Part shown: one piece after another, positions 9,027 through 18,758 of the stretch
How positions within the stretch are numbered: position 1 is the first letter of the stretch
Layout of the letters: every line of letters begins with the position of its first letter
From: an uncultured Gemmatimonadota bacterium
Lineage (GTDB): Bacteria; SM23-81
Reading direction: 5' to 3'
Length of the DNA stretch: 34,619 bases
Assembly: GCA_964584035.1 (NCBI GenBank)
Contig: CAZOYL010000010.1
Coordinates: 1-34,619, forward strand
Notes under the pieces: model-generated
Databases searched by the model: none
Told to the model about the DNA's origin: nothing
Seen by the model: the letters and a program-made list of their open reading frames with translations, nothing else
Program-made: the position numbers and the translations under genes

Positions 9027-10163
9027 ATGAGACTGCTGATCACCATGGATTTTCCTCCCAAAGAGGGCGGGCTGCAGACCTGGGCTTTTGAGTTGGCCCG
9101 CCATCTTCACCAGCGGGGAGGATCCATCACCGTTCTAGCTAGAAAACCCACCGCCAGTCATCGGGCATATGATCGGCGATTGAGCTTTCCCGTCTGGCGA
9201 ATGAGCGGGCATGACTGGGATCATTACGGCCATTTCTATGTGGCCTATTATTTGATGAAATTTCTCACCATCCGGGGTCTCGTGCCCGTGGTGTACGCCA
9301 CACATTGGAAGCTCGGTCTGGTACCGGCCCTGCTGGGTTCCCTGGTGGGTATGAAGGTCATTATCGGTGCCCACGGCATGGAAATTCTCAAAGAAAAGGG
9401 AGCCTTTCGGAAACGACTCATCCGGCTAGCCTTCAGCCGCGCTCATCGAGGAATCACGGTGAGCCGTTTTACGCAGCGGGAGCTGATCCGGCTGGGAGTG
9501 CCTGCCGAGAAGCTGGTCTGGATACCGAATGGAGTGGATGTCGAGAAATTTCATCCCAAAGAAAAATCGTCTGCCCTGATGAGAAAATATCGGCTGGATG
9601 GGAAAAAGGTTATTCTCACCCTGGCTCGTCTGGTGCCCCGAAAAGGTCAGGATCAGGTTATTCGCGCGCTTCCCCGGGTTCTCAGAGAGGTTCCGGATGC
9701 TGTCTATATCCTGGCCGGAAAAGGGGGAGATGAGTTCCGGCTCAGGGCGCTGGCCGATTCTCTGGGTTTAGAGGGCAGAGTGATCTTCACCGGCTATGTT
9801 CCCGCCGGGCAGCTGGTGGATTATTATAATTTAGCCGATATCTATATTATGGCCAGCCGGGAAATAGAGAAAACGGGGGATGTGGAAGGGTTCGGGATCA
9901 GTTTTCTGGAGGCCGGCGCCTGCGGAGTGCCTGTGATCGGCGGCCGTTCAGGGGGAGTAGGTGATGCCGTCATCGACGGGGTGACGGGCCTTTTAGTCGA
10001 TCCCCTGGACCCGGGCCAAATCGCCGGCGCCATGATACATCTTCTCACCGACGAGGTCTTGGCCGGGCGGCTGGCATCAGCGGGCCGGCGGAGAATTGCG
10101 GCCGGTCTCCAGTGGCATCATATGGCTCAAAGATGCATCCAGCTGGAGGGCGAAGTCTCCTGA
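9027..10163 (+). CDS. Glycosyltransferase family 4 (PimB-like)
   Basis: DFPPKEGG, IPNGVD, ARLVPRKG, EGFGISFLEA. Confidence 0.92.
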   Translation: MRLLITMDFPPKEGGLQTWAFELARHLHQRGGSITVLARKPTASHRAYDRRLSFPVWRMSGHDWDHYGHFYVAYYLMKFLTIRGLVPVVYATHWKLGLVPALLGSLVGMKVIIGAHGMEILKEKGAFRKRLIRLAFSRAHRGITVSRFTQRELIRLGVPAEKLVWIPNGVDVEKFHPKEKSSALMRKYRLDGKKVILTLARLVPRKGQDQVIRALPRVLREVPDAVYILAGKGGDEFRLRALADSLGLEGRVIFTGYVPAGQLVDYYNLADIYIMASREIEKTGDVEGFGISFLEAGACGVPVIGGRSGGVGDAVIDGVTGLLVDPLDPGQIAGAMIHLLTDEVLAGRLASAGRRRIAAGLQWHHMAQRCIQLEGEVS

Positions 10164-10178
10164 GATGAGGCTAAGATT

Positions 10179-11294
10179 TTGCGCATTCTGTTGATCAGCT
10201 CTCAAAAAAACTGGGGCGGGGGAGAGGCCTGGATGCTGTCAACGGCACTGGGCCTGGCTCGCCGGGGACACTCTGTCTCCCTGGTCTGTCAGCCGGGCAG
10301 TATGCTGGCCGGGCGCGCTCTTGCTCAGGGATTCCGGCCTGTGACCATAAGATTGCGGGGGGATTTTGATCCCATAGTGATCACCCGGTTATATCGGCTC
10401 ATCCGACGACGCCGAATTCAGCTGGTCTGCGGCAACATGGGCAAAGAGGTCCGCCTGGCCGGTGTCTCTGCCAGACTGGCAAAGATTCCCTTTATCCGCC
10501 GGCGGGGCAGTGACATGCGTTATCCAAACAGATGGCGCCATCGGCTGGTCGATCGCTGTCTGGTTCGTCTGATCATCGTCAACTCGCGAGCCACTCGGGA
10601 CACGTTGCTCCGGGGCAATCCCTGGCTGCCGCCGGAGAAACTGAAATTGATCTATAACGGAATACCCCTGTCTATGGATGGCGGGTCGGTCAACAGGGAT
10701 GAGGTGTTGAAGGAGTTCGGCCTGGAGAAGGCCGCTCCTCTTTTGGGTGTCGTCGGCCTGTTGAAGGAACGCAAAGGTCATGAGGTCTTATTCCGGGCCA
10801 TGCCGCAGATCCTGGAAAAATTCCCCCGGTTAGCCCTGCTGGTGGTCGGGGAGGGCGCCCTCAGAGGAAAATTAGAGGATCTGACGCACCGTTTGGGTAT
10901 CGCCCGTCATGTTCATTTCACGGGATTTCGCGACGATGTGCTTCCGTTGATGGAGGCCCTGGATATTCTGGTGCTGCCCTCCAAGAATGAGGGCTTCGGC
11001 TATGTTTTAGCAGAGGCCATGTCTTTGCGCAAACCGGTCGTGGCCAGCAGGATCAGCAGCATTCCCGAGGTGGTGTCGGAGGGGCGCACCGGATTGCTGG
11101 TGCCGCCCGGTGATATCGCAGCGCTGCGGGACGCCCTGCTCGATCTGGCCGGGGATCCCCAAAGAGCACAGCAGATGGGTTTGGACGGAAGGCGGCGGGT
11201 GGAACGGCTCTTTTCGCTGGAGCGTATGCTGGATGAAGTGGAGGACCTGTTCGGGAAGGTCATCAAGGAGGGCGGATTCAGGAGGGTTCTTTGA
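10179..11294 (+). CDS. Glycosyltransferase family 4
   Basis: WGGGE, IYNGI, ERKGH, EGFGYVLAEAM; TTG start. Confidence 0.92.
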   Translation: MRILLISSQKNWGGGEAWMLSTALGLARRGHSVSLVCQPGSMLAGRALAQGFRPVTIRLRGDFDPIVITRLYRLIRRRRIQLVCGNMGKEVRLAGVSARLAKIPFIRRRGSDMRYPNRWRHRLVDRCLVRLIIVNSRATRDTLLRGNPWLPPEKLKLIYNGIPLSMDGGSVNRDEVLKEFGLEKAAPLLGVVGLLKERKGHEVLFRAMPQILEKFPRLALLVVGEGALRGKLEDLTHRLGIARHVHFTGFRDDVLPLMEALDILVLPSKNEGFGYVLAEAMSLRKPVVASRISSIPEVVSEGRTGLLVPPGDIAALRDALLDLAGDPQRAQQMGLDGRRRVERLFSLERMLDEVEDLFGKVIKEGGFRRVL

Positions 11295-12165
11295 TCAGGA
11301 TATAATTCCTGTATTCCCCGATCACGGCATTCAGGATGTGGTTCTCGACAAAGGATAGCATCCGGTTGGACAGTTTATGATGACGGTGCTTGACACCAGG
11401 TTCGTCCTCGACTTGCCAGTCTTTGCGGGCGATGCGGGGGCCCATCACCCGGGGGTGGGTTCCTTGAAAACGGGCCAGGTGTTTCAGGGAGCCGTAGCGG
11501 AAGGAACTTTCTCTGTCGGGATGGCGCCGGTTGACCCATTGGGTGTCGTGGTGCAGGGAATCCAGGGCCACTTGCTTGCGCTTCATCAGCCGGGGATGAC
11601 GCACCCAGCCGTAATGATAGACCTTCGCGCCGCTGGGAACCACCTTGATTTTTTCTCCGTTTCGGCGGAAGCCCTGAGCGCTTTTCCATGATTCAATGCC
11701 CAGGCCGTTGCGGATCACCCGGACCTCATGGCGATACCAGCCGTGAGCCTTCTGATAGGTCTCATAGCTGCCCCAGAAATGGACATAGTCGAACAGCAGT
11801 CCCTCGATATTAGAATAGGGTTGACATCGCTCCATGGCGGCCCGAATGATGGGCAGATATTTTTCATGGATCACTTCATCGGCCTGGACGTAGAAACACC
11901 AGTCGCCCGAACATCGCGACAGAGCCAGGTTGGTCTGCTGAGCATTGATGGCGCCGTGAACGAAGTACTGCGGATCCCAGTCGCTCTCAATGAGGTGTAT
12001 TCTGGGATCGCCGATTCCCCGAATGGCCTCCGCCGTGCCATCGTCCGACCGTCCCACGGCCACCCAGAACTCATCGCAGATGGGCAAAATGGAGGTGATG
12101 GCCTCCACGATGGGGTAGTCGAGCCGCAATGCGTCCCGAACGAAACTGAAACCGCTGACGTTCAT
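11278..12165 (-). CDS. Glycosyltransferase family 2 (GT-A fold, LPS-related)
   Basis: SGFSFVR, YPIVEAI, SDDGT, QADE (DxD-like), YHYGWVR; GGAG RBS at 12171-12174. Confidence 0.85.
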   Translation of the reverse strand: MNVSGFSFVRDALRLDYPIVEAITSILPICDEFWVAVGRSDDGTAEAIRGIGDPRIHLIESDWDPQYFVHGAINAQQTNLALSRCSGDWCFYVQADEVIHEKYLPIIRAAMERCQPYSNIEGLLFDYVHFWGSYETYQKAHGWYRHEVRVIRNGLGIESWKSAQGFRRNGEKIKVVPSGAKVYHYGWVRHPRLMKRKQVALDSLHHDTQWVNRRHPDRESSFRYGSLKHLARFQGTHPRVMGPRIARKDWQVEDEPGVKHRHHKLSNRMLSFVENHILNAVIGEYRNYILIKEPS

Positions 12166-12197
12166 ATATTCTCCATGGTTGGGACCTGATGTCACCC

Positions 12198-12226
12198 AAA
12201 ATATGCTCTTCGGGCCGGGGGGTCAA
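12198..12226 (-). promoter_or_regulatory. sigma70-type promoter for antisense GT2 gene
   Basis: Minus strand TTGACC, 17 bp spacer, TATTTT. Confidence 0.55.
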
Positions 12227-12237
12227 GGAATTTCTTG

Positions 12238-13365
12238 ATGCAGAAGCGATGGCGCATATTGCAGCTGGTTGATGTCCGCTGGTGGAACGCCTGCGCCGAT
12301 TACGGAATCAGCCTGGCCCTTGGCTTACAACGCCGGGGTCAGCGGGTATTCGTGGCCGGAGAGAGAGGGAGCCCTCCTCTGACGCAGGCCCGGCGGCTGG
12401 GACTGCCGATCTACGAGAACCGGCTGGGACGGAGCGGACCGGCCGGCTGGATCTCCGATCTGACCGGTTTGATCGACTTCATCCGACGGGAAAAGATCCA
12501 GTTGCTGAACGCCCATCGGGCCGAGGGGCACCTTTTTTCCAGCCTGGCTTCTCTCCGGCTGGGCCGCCGCATTCCGGTGGTTCGCACCAGGGGCGATATC
12601 CGCCCGCCCAAAGGTCATCTGCTGAACCGCTGGCTCCATCTCCACCTGACCGACGCCCTGGTGCTGCCCAGTGAGGCATTGAAAGGCCCTGTCCTGGGGA
12701 AACTTCGTCGCTGGCCCCGGCAGTTTCAGGTCATTCCTCCGGGCGTCGATGCGGATCGTTTTGCCAGCCGCCGCTCTCCCTCGGCGGCTCGCTCACATCT
12801 GGGCTGGCCCAGCGAGGAACCCCTGGTGGGTGTGGTGGGACGGCTTTCGCCGGTCAAGGGTCTGGATATTTTTCTGCAGGCCGCTGCCCAGGTGGCTCGG
12901 TCGGTGCCCGGATCGAATTTCGTTCTGGTAGGAGGTGAAGCCCAGTTGAGCATCACGGACCTCCGCAGGTTGGCTCGAAAGTTGGGCATCGATCATCGGG
13001 TTCGCTTCATCGGGCAGGTTCAGGAGACGATTCCTTACATGGAGGCGTTCGATGTGGCGGTGGTGCCGTCGGTGGGGTCGGAAGCCATTTGCCGGGTCGC
13101 TCTGGAACACATGGCCATGAGCCGGCCGGTGGTCGGCACGCGGGTCAATGCCATTCCCGAGGTCGTGGTCCACGAACGAACCGGACTGCTGGTGCCGCCG
13201 GGCGATGCCCGGGCTCTGGCCCGGGCCATCGTGACGCTTCTGAAAAATCCGGACAGAGCCCATGCTATGGGTGAAGCCGGCCGGCGGCGGGTAGAGACAT
13301 CCTTCACGCTGGACCACCTTGCCTGCCGGACCGAAGATCTCTATAACCGGCTGCTGTCCGCCTGA
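12238..13365 (+). CDS. Glycosyltransferase family 4
   Basis: IPPGVD, GRLSPVKG, EAICRVALEHM (Ex7E). Confidence 0.9.
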   Translation: MQKRWRILQLVDVRWWNACADYGISLALGLQRRGQRVFVAGERGSPPLTQARRLGLPIYENRLGRSGPAGWISDLTGLIDFIRREKIQLLNAHRAEGHLFSSLASLRLGRRIPVVRTRGDIRPPKGHLLNRWLHLHLTDALVLPSEALKGPVLGKLRRWPRQFQVIPPGVDADRFASRRSPSAARSHLGWPSEEPLVGVVGRLSPVKGLDIFLQAAAQVARSVPGSNFVLVGGEAQLSITDLRRLARKLGIDHRVRFIGQVQETIPYMEAFDVAVVPSVGSEAICRVALEHMAMSRPVVGTRVNAIPEVVVHERTGLLVPPGDARALARAIVTLLKNPDRAHAMGEAGRRRVETSFTLDHLACRTEDLYNRLLSA

Positions 13366-13475
13366 CGAGGGGAGCTGCCGGAGTGATCGCCGCATCCCGG
13401 CGGTGGAGTCGATCGCGGCAGGGGGAGCGTTTTGCCGATGATGTGTCTGAAAGCAAGGTGAGAAAGGGCCCGTTG

Positions 13476-14735
13476 ATGGTTGTTTCTGAACGGAAGGAGA
13501 GCTGCGGTTCGATGTCGATCGCACCGCAGCCGTCCTCAGAGGTCGGCTGGAATCAAAAGATTGTCCTGACTGCCCTGTTGGGTTTCGCCTTTTTTTCACC
13601 CTGGTCCATCGCCGGGGCCCAGATCAGCCTGGGAGTGGGTCTGCTGACCTGGGTTGCGGGGCTGTTCAGTTCTGCTCGACGCCCGTTGGTGCGCTCTCCG
13701 CTGTTGTGGCCGGTGGCGGCCTATCTGGGATTTCAGCTTCTCTCGGTGCTGTTCAGTCCCGATCTCCTGACGGGTCTTCGGGCCTTTCGCGCCGAGTGGA
13801 TCATTCTGCTGTACTTTCTGGTGGTCAATATGGTCGAAGACGGCCGGTCGGTCCGCCGGCTGGCCGATGTCCTGGTGTTGACCACCGTCCTGGTCAGCCT
13901 GTATGCTATTTGGCAGCACTGGGCCGGCTGGGACCTGTATCGCCAGCGCCCTCTGCGTGCCACCGGGAGCGTGTTCGAGGCCACCGGCCTGTTCGGTCAC
14001 CATCTGACCTTTGGCGGATACATCATGATGGTGCTGATGCTCAGCGGCAGCCTGTTTCTTTTCGGATCCCGGAATCGTGCCAGGATATTCTACGGATTGA
14101 GCAGTCTGGTGCTGTTCCTGGCCCTGCTGTTCAGCTATGCCCGCAGCGCCTGGCTCGGATTTCTGGCCGGGACGCTGGCCGTGGCTATGGTCCGCGGGCG
14201 CCGGGCGCTGACCGTCATCCTGCCCGGCATCGCCGTGGTCATCGTGATGGCGGTTCTTCTGCTGCCGTCGGTGCGCGAACAGGCCGGGGAGATCGCCGGC
14301 CTGTTCGAGGATCCTATGTCCAAATCCTCCCGCCTGCAGATGTGGTCGGCCGCCTGGCGGCTGATCGGCGATCATCCTCTTCTGGGAGGGGGCAGTGGCC
14401 AGGCCGCCGGGCTGTTGCCCGGCTATGGTTGTGAGCTGGGTTATGCTCACATGCATAACGATCTTCTCAACGTTGCTGCGAATTCGGGTCTGCCCAGTCT
14501 GGCGGCCTTTGTGTGGATATGGGTGGTGCTTCTCCGTCTCACCGTCAGATGCCGCCGGAACCGCCGGTCAGGCCCCTGGTCTGCAGGCATGGCTGCCGCA
14601 GGATTCGGAATCGTGGTGGCCGTTCTGGTGGCCGGACTGTTCCAGTGTTATTACACCGATGCCGAAGACGGCATGCTCCTGTGGTTCTGTATGGGCCTGG
14701 TGGTCACCGTGTGCGCCCAAACTGAAAGGGCATGA
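13476..14735 (+). CDS. O-antigen ligase family (WaaL/Wzy_C) membrane protein
   Basis: About 11-12 TM segments; SYARSAW, SRLQMW, HPLLGGG, HMHNDLL motifs; start uncertain (13476 or 13512). Confidence 0.88.
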   Translation: MVVSERKESCGSMSIAPQPSSEVGWNQKIVLTALLGFAFFSPWSIAGAQISLGVGLLTWVAGLFSSARRPLVRSPLLWPVAAYLGFQLLSVLFSPDLLTGLRAFRAEWIILLYFLVVNMVEDGRSVRRLADVLVLTTVLVSLYAIWQHWAGWDLYRQRPLRATGSVFEATGLFGHHLTFGGYIMMVLMLSGSLFLFGSRNRARIFYGLSSLVLFLALLFSYARSAWLGFLAGTLAVAMVRGRRALTVILPGIAVVIVMAVLLLPSVREQAGEIAGLFEDPMSKSSRLQMWSAAWRLIGDHPLLGGGSGQAAGLLPGYGCELGYAHMHNDLLNVAANSGLPSLAAFVWIWVVLLRLTVRCRRNRRSGPWSAGMAAAGFGIVVAVLVAGLFQCYYTDAEDGMLLWFCMGLVVTVCAQTERA

Positions 14736-14739
14736 AGTC

Positions 14740-16881
14740 ATGCAGCGAACCGCATTTTTGGATGAGGTCGTGAAGCTTACGCCCAAGGCCGATGTTCAGC
14801 TGATCGGGAGAGCTTTCGATTTCAGCCGCCAGGCCCACCAGGGACAGCTTCGTAAATCGGGTCGTCCATTTTTTGAGCATTGCGTACAGGTGGCTCTCAT
14901 CCTGGCCCAGCAGGGACTCGATTCGATAACCGTTTCGGCAGCTCTGCTACACGATACCGTAGAGGATGCCGGGGTGCAGATCGAGGACCTCAAGGACCGT
15001 TTCGGAGGGGAGATCTCCGATTTGGTGGATGGTGTCTCCAAGATCGGCGGCCTGGCCTTTCGCAGCAAAGAGGAGAGCCAGGCGGAGTATTATCGCAAGA
15101 TGATCCTGTCGATGGCCAAAGATATCCGGGTCATTCTGATTAAATTTGCCGACCGCCTTCACAACATGCGCACCCTGGAGTATCTGCCCGCCGATCGGAT
15201 CCGGCGCATCGCCCATGAAACCCAGGACGTCTACGCCCCTCTGGCTCACCGTCTGGGGATAGACCAGATGAAGCGGGAAATGGAGGATCTCAGCCTGAAG
15301 TTTCTTCAACCGGAGATCTATAAGGAGTTTTCAGAGAAAATCGCGCTCAGCACCGAGGCCCGCGAGCGTTATATCGATATGATCAAGGTTCCCTTGATGA
15401 AAGCCCTTGAGGAGGTCGGCATCCAGGCCGCCATCACCGGCCGAGCCAAGCACCTGGCCAGTATTTACCGCAAGATCCTACAACGGCACAAGCCGTTGGA
15501 GGAAATTTACGATCTCACCGCTATGCGTGTGGTGACCACAACGGTCCAGGATTGTTATCATGTGCTGGGCATCATCCATCACCTGTGGAGGCCCATTCCC
15601 GGACGGTTCAAGGATTTTATCGCCATGCCCAAGAGCAATATGTATCAGGCGCTGCATACCACCGTGATGGGCCCGCAGGGTGAACCCGTCGAGATACAGA
15701 TACGGACCGAGGATATGCACCGGACCGCCGAGATGGGCATCGCCGCTCACTGGCTCTATAAGGAGGGGCGGAGAAGTCCCGATGAGCTGGACGAGTACAT
15801 GGGCTGGTTGAGACAGGTGCTGGACTGGCAGCGGGATCTGACCGATCCCCGCGAATTTATGGAGTATCTGAAGTTCGACCTGTATGGCGAGGAGATCTTC
15901 GTTTTTACCCCCAAGGGAGATCTGAAGCCGCTCCCCCGGGGAGCGACGCCAGTGGACTTCGCCTTCGCGGTGCACAGCGATGTGGGACTCCATTGCCAGG
16001 GGGCCAAGGTCAATGACCGCATGGTGCCGCTGGTTTCGCAGCTTCACAGCGGCGATACGGTTCAGATCATCACCTCCCCTTCGCAGCACCCCAGCCGGGA
16101 CTGGCTCAAGCTGGTCAAGACATCTCGCGCCAAGAGCAAAATCAGACATTGGCTGAAGGGTCAACGTCACAGCCAGAGCCTGTCGCTGGGCCGGGAGATG
16201 CTGGAACGAGAGCTGAAGAAACGCCGCTGGGGGCCGCGATCATCCGAACAGCTTTCCCGGGTGGCCGAAGAATTCGGACTGCCGGATATGGAACATTTCT
16301 ATGTGGCTCTGGGAAGCGGGGATCTTTCACTTCAACAGGTCCTCGGCAGGCTCGGACCGAGTGTCGAGGAGAGGAAGTCAGCGCGGACCGTTGTCGGACG
16401 GAGAACGGGCCGAACAGCCCGAGGGGACGAGCGGGGGGTTCAGATCCAGGGCCTGGACAGTCTGATGATCCGTTTTGCCAGGTGTTGTCAGCCCATTCCG
16501 GGGGACCCCATTGTGGGATTTGTTACCCGGGGGCGGGGCATATCGATCCATCGGGCGAACTGTCCCAACAGCGTGCGCCTGATGACGTATCCGGAGCGCC
16601 AGGTTTCCGTGGAGTGGGATACCCGGTCGGAACAGTCCTTTCCGGTCATCATCGAGGTGGTGGCGAACCGCCGGGTGGATCTGCTCAGTGATCTGACACG
16701 GGTCGTCTCGGATATGGGCGCCGACGTGCGCGACGCCGCTGTTAAAGTGGAGGGAGAGGCCTTTTTCGGCACCTTCCGCATTGGTGTCCATGATCTTCAA
16801 CATCTGCATGCCATCATGGATAAATTGCGTCACGTGAAGGGCACCGAACGTGTCCTTCGCCGGACGCGCGGGGCGGAATGA
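14740..16881 (+). CDS. rel: Bifunctional (p)ppGpp synthetase/hydrolase (long RSH)
   Basis: HD hydrolase LLHDTVED and DRLHNMRTL; synthetase RFKD and EIQIRT; TGS (FTPKG...DFAFAVH); CC zinc finger; C-terminal ACT; start at ATG 14740. Confidence 0.96.
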   Translation: MQRTAFLDEVVKLTPKADVQLIGRAFDFSRQAHQGQLRKSGRPFFEHCVQVALILAQQGLDSITVSAALLHDTVEDAGVQIEDLKDRFGGEISDLVDGVSKIGGLAFRSKEESQAEYYRKMILSMAKDIRVILIKFADRLHNMRTLEYLPADRIRRIAHETQDVYAPLAHRLGIDQMKREMEDLSLKFLQPEIYKEFSEKIALSTEARERYIDMIKVPLMKALEEVGIQAAITGRAKHLASIYRKILQRHKPLEEIYDLTAMRVVTTTVQDCYHVLGIIHHLWRPIPGRFKDFIAMPKSNMYQALHTTVMGPQGEPVEIQIRTEDMHRTAEMGIAAHWLYKEGRRSPDELDEYMGWLRQVLDWQRDLTDPREFMEYLKFDLYGEEIFVFTPKGDLKPLPRGATPVDFAFAVHSDVGLHCQGAKVNDRMVPLVSQLHSGDTVQIITSPSQHPSRDWLKLVKTSRAKSKIRHWLKGQRHSQSLSLGREMLERELKKRRWGPRSSEQLSRVAEEFGLPDMEHFYVALGSGDLSLQQVLGRLGPSVEERKSARTVVGRRTGRTARGDERGVQIQGLDSLMIRFARCCQPIPGDPIVGFVTRGRGISIHRANCPNSVRLMTYPERQVSVEWDTRSEQSFPVIIEVVANRRVDLLSDLTRVVSDMGADVRDAAVKVEGEAFFGTFRIGVHDLQHLHAIMDKLRHVKGTERVLRRTRGAE

Positions 16882-16892
16882 AGAGTGGGCCC

Positions 16893-18641
16893 TTACCCGG
16901 TGGGAGGGGTCAGCGGCGAAGAGAACCAATCGAGTTGAATATGAGAGAAAATCTTGTCCCTTGCCTGGCATTCCCCCAGAAAGGTCCATTCACCGGGATC
17001 GACCCATTCGCCCCGGCCGTAACGCCCGGCCATGTCGGCCAGGCGATTGAAGATCTGATGGTGCTCGACCAAACGTAGTTCGGCATAATCCCGGGCCGAC
17101 CAGGTGCTGATCAGGAATTGCCAGTCGGAAGCCTCCAGCAGCAGCAGTTCGCGGGCCATCTGTTTGAGGATACTCTCAAGCTGTTCATCCGGATGTTTCC
17201 CCAGCTCTGCCAGCAGCGATGCGAAGCGGGCCTCGTCCTCATAGATATGTTTCCAGGTCCATTCGGTCCACTCATTTAGCCAGATATAGTGGTAGCCTCC
17301 CTGTCCCCAGGATCCTTCCGGCAGGGAAACGATTTCCGTCGGTGCCGCCTCGTCCAGATAATCGCCGCAGGTGGTCAGTTCGACCTCCTCATCCTGGTCC
17401 AGCAGGTCGAGGACCTTTCTCAGCCATTGGGGTCCTTCGAACCACCAGTGGCCGAAGAGCTCGGCGTCGAATGGCGCACAGACGATCCCCCGGCGGCCCG
17501 TCTGGCGATGGTATTCCCGAAGGCTGTCCTTCACCAGCTGGACGAAATGTTTGGCGTTCTCCGGAACTCGCCCGATGGCCCGGTCAGGATCATATTCCTC
17601 TTTTTCCGCCAGGTCGCTTCCCGGGCCGGTGACCCGCCAGTAACGGTGCCCCCCCGGATAGTGCTTCTTGTGGAAGTCAAGATACCATCCATCGCCAGGA
17701 TAGCCCCACTGACTGCTCCATACCTGCAGGCCGGTTTCCGCATCGCGCGTGAAAACAGCCACGGGTGAGCGGCTTTCCGTGGTGCCGCTGCCTACCAGGT
17801 AGATCTCCCGGGGCGTTCTCTCCTTTTCCTCGGGCCGTTCCTGATATTGGCTGGCGAACTGTTGCCATAAGCGGCGCAGGGATTCAAAACGATCGATATA
17901 GACGCCGATCGACTTGCCTCCCTTCAGCAGGGCAGAGTCCACGATAAAATATTCCAGACCGTTTTCAGCCAGGATCTGTTCGATGCCCCGCCGGGGGAAT
18001 TCTTCCGGGAGCACCGTGGTTTTCACCGGAGGGGACCATCGATACCCGGGCCGGTAAGCGCACTCCGGGAGCCAGATCCCCCGGGGCCGCTTTCCGAAGT
18101 GGCGGCGGTACGTTTCCACACCGACTCGAATCTGAAAGCCGACATTTTCATCGGTGCCCAGCAGTGGCAGATAACCGTGAGTGGCCGCGCAGGTGATGAT
18201 CTCCAGATGATGCTCATCCTGAAGTTTTTTAAAGGCGCCTATCAGATCCCGATGGTAACGGTTTTGGAAACTCTCCCGGATTCCGGCGTAATGATCGCGC
18301 CACCGGATGGCCAGATCAGCCAGTGAGGCGCGGTCCCACTGGCTGAAGGTGCGATGATCTTCTTCTGCGGCGTCGATCTTCTCGGTGAGATAGTGCTCGA
18401 ATTCCTCCTTGAAATCATCGTCCGCCAGCTGCTCACAGAGCACCGGCGTAAGCCCCAGCGTGAGCCGGGGCGAGCGGCCTTCCGCCAGCAGATCATTCAG
18501 CACGTTGAGCAGGGGAATATAGGTTTCGGCGGTGGCCTCGTTGAGCCAATCCATTCCGTGTGGCCAGCGGCCGTGGGCCATCACGTAAGGCAAGTGTGCG
18601 TGAAGGACGATGGTGAAACGGCCAATGAAATTTTTTTTCAT
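16893..18641 (-). CDS. GH57 1,4-alpha-glucan branching enzyme (DUF1957 C-terminus)
   Basis: HAHLPYV, ETYIPLL, THGYLPLL, GIWLPECAY (nucleophile Glu), FDAELFGHWWFEG (acid/base Asp), ELLLLEASDW; GGAGAGG RBS. Confidence 0.95.
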   Translation of the reverse strand: MKKNFIGRFTIVLHAHLPYVMAHGRWPHGMDWLNEATAETYIPLLNVLNDLLAEGRSPRLTLGLTPVLCEQLADDDFKEEFEHYLTEKIDAAEEDHRTFSQWDRASLADLAIRWRDHYAGIRESFQNRYHRDLIGAFKKLQDEHHLEIITCAATHGYLPLLGTDENVGFQIRVGVETYRRHFGKRPRGIWLPECAYRPGYRWSPPVKTTVLPEEFPRRGIEQILAENGLEYFIVDSALLKGGKSIGVYIDRFESLRRLWQQFASQYQERPEEKERTPREIYLVGSGTTESRSPVAVFTRDAETGLQVWSSQWGYPGDGWYLDFHKKHYPGGHRYWRVTGPGSDLAEKEEYDPDRAIGRVPENAKHFVQLVKDSLREYHRQTGRRGIVCAPFDAELFGHWWFEGPQWLRKVLDLLDQDEEVELTTCGDYLDEAAPTEIVSLPEGSWGQGGYHYIWLNEWTEWTWKHIYEDEARFASLLAELGKHPDEQLESILKQMARELLLLEASDWQFLISTWSARDYAELRLVEHHQIFNRLADMAGRYGRGEWVDPGEWTFLGECQARDKIFSHIQLDWFSSPLTPPTG

Positions 18642-18696
18642 GGTCACCTCTCCTGGGGCGATGCGCGAAAGGGAATGACATCATCAATGAGAATAG

Positions 18697-18729
18697 AAAA
18701 AAACAGGGCTGATGGACGGTATCAGCCCT
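18697..18729 (-). terminator. Intrinsic terminator-like hairpin between NucS-like gene and GH57 gene
   Basis: Minus strand AGGGCTGAT-accgtcc-ATCAGCCCT perfect 9-bp stem, then G and T7. Confidence 0.7.
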
Positions 18730-18758
18730 TCCCTGTTCAGTGGAGAAAAGCCGGTCTC

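Noticed and set aside
14395..14739. 115-aa N-terminal extension of Rel in the ORF track
   Set aside because: Overlaps the ligase gene; RSH homology begins at ATG 14740
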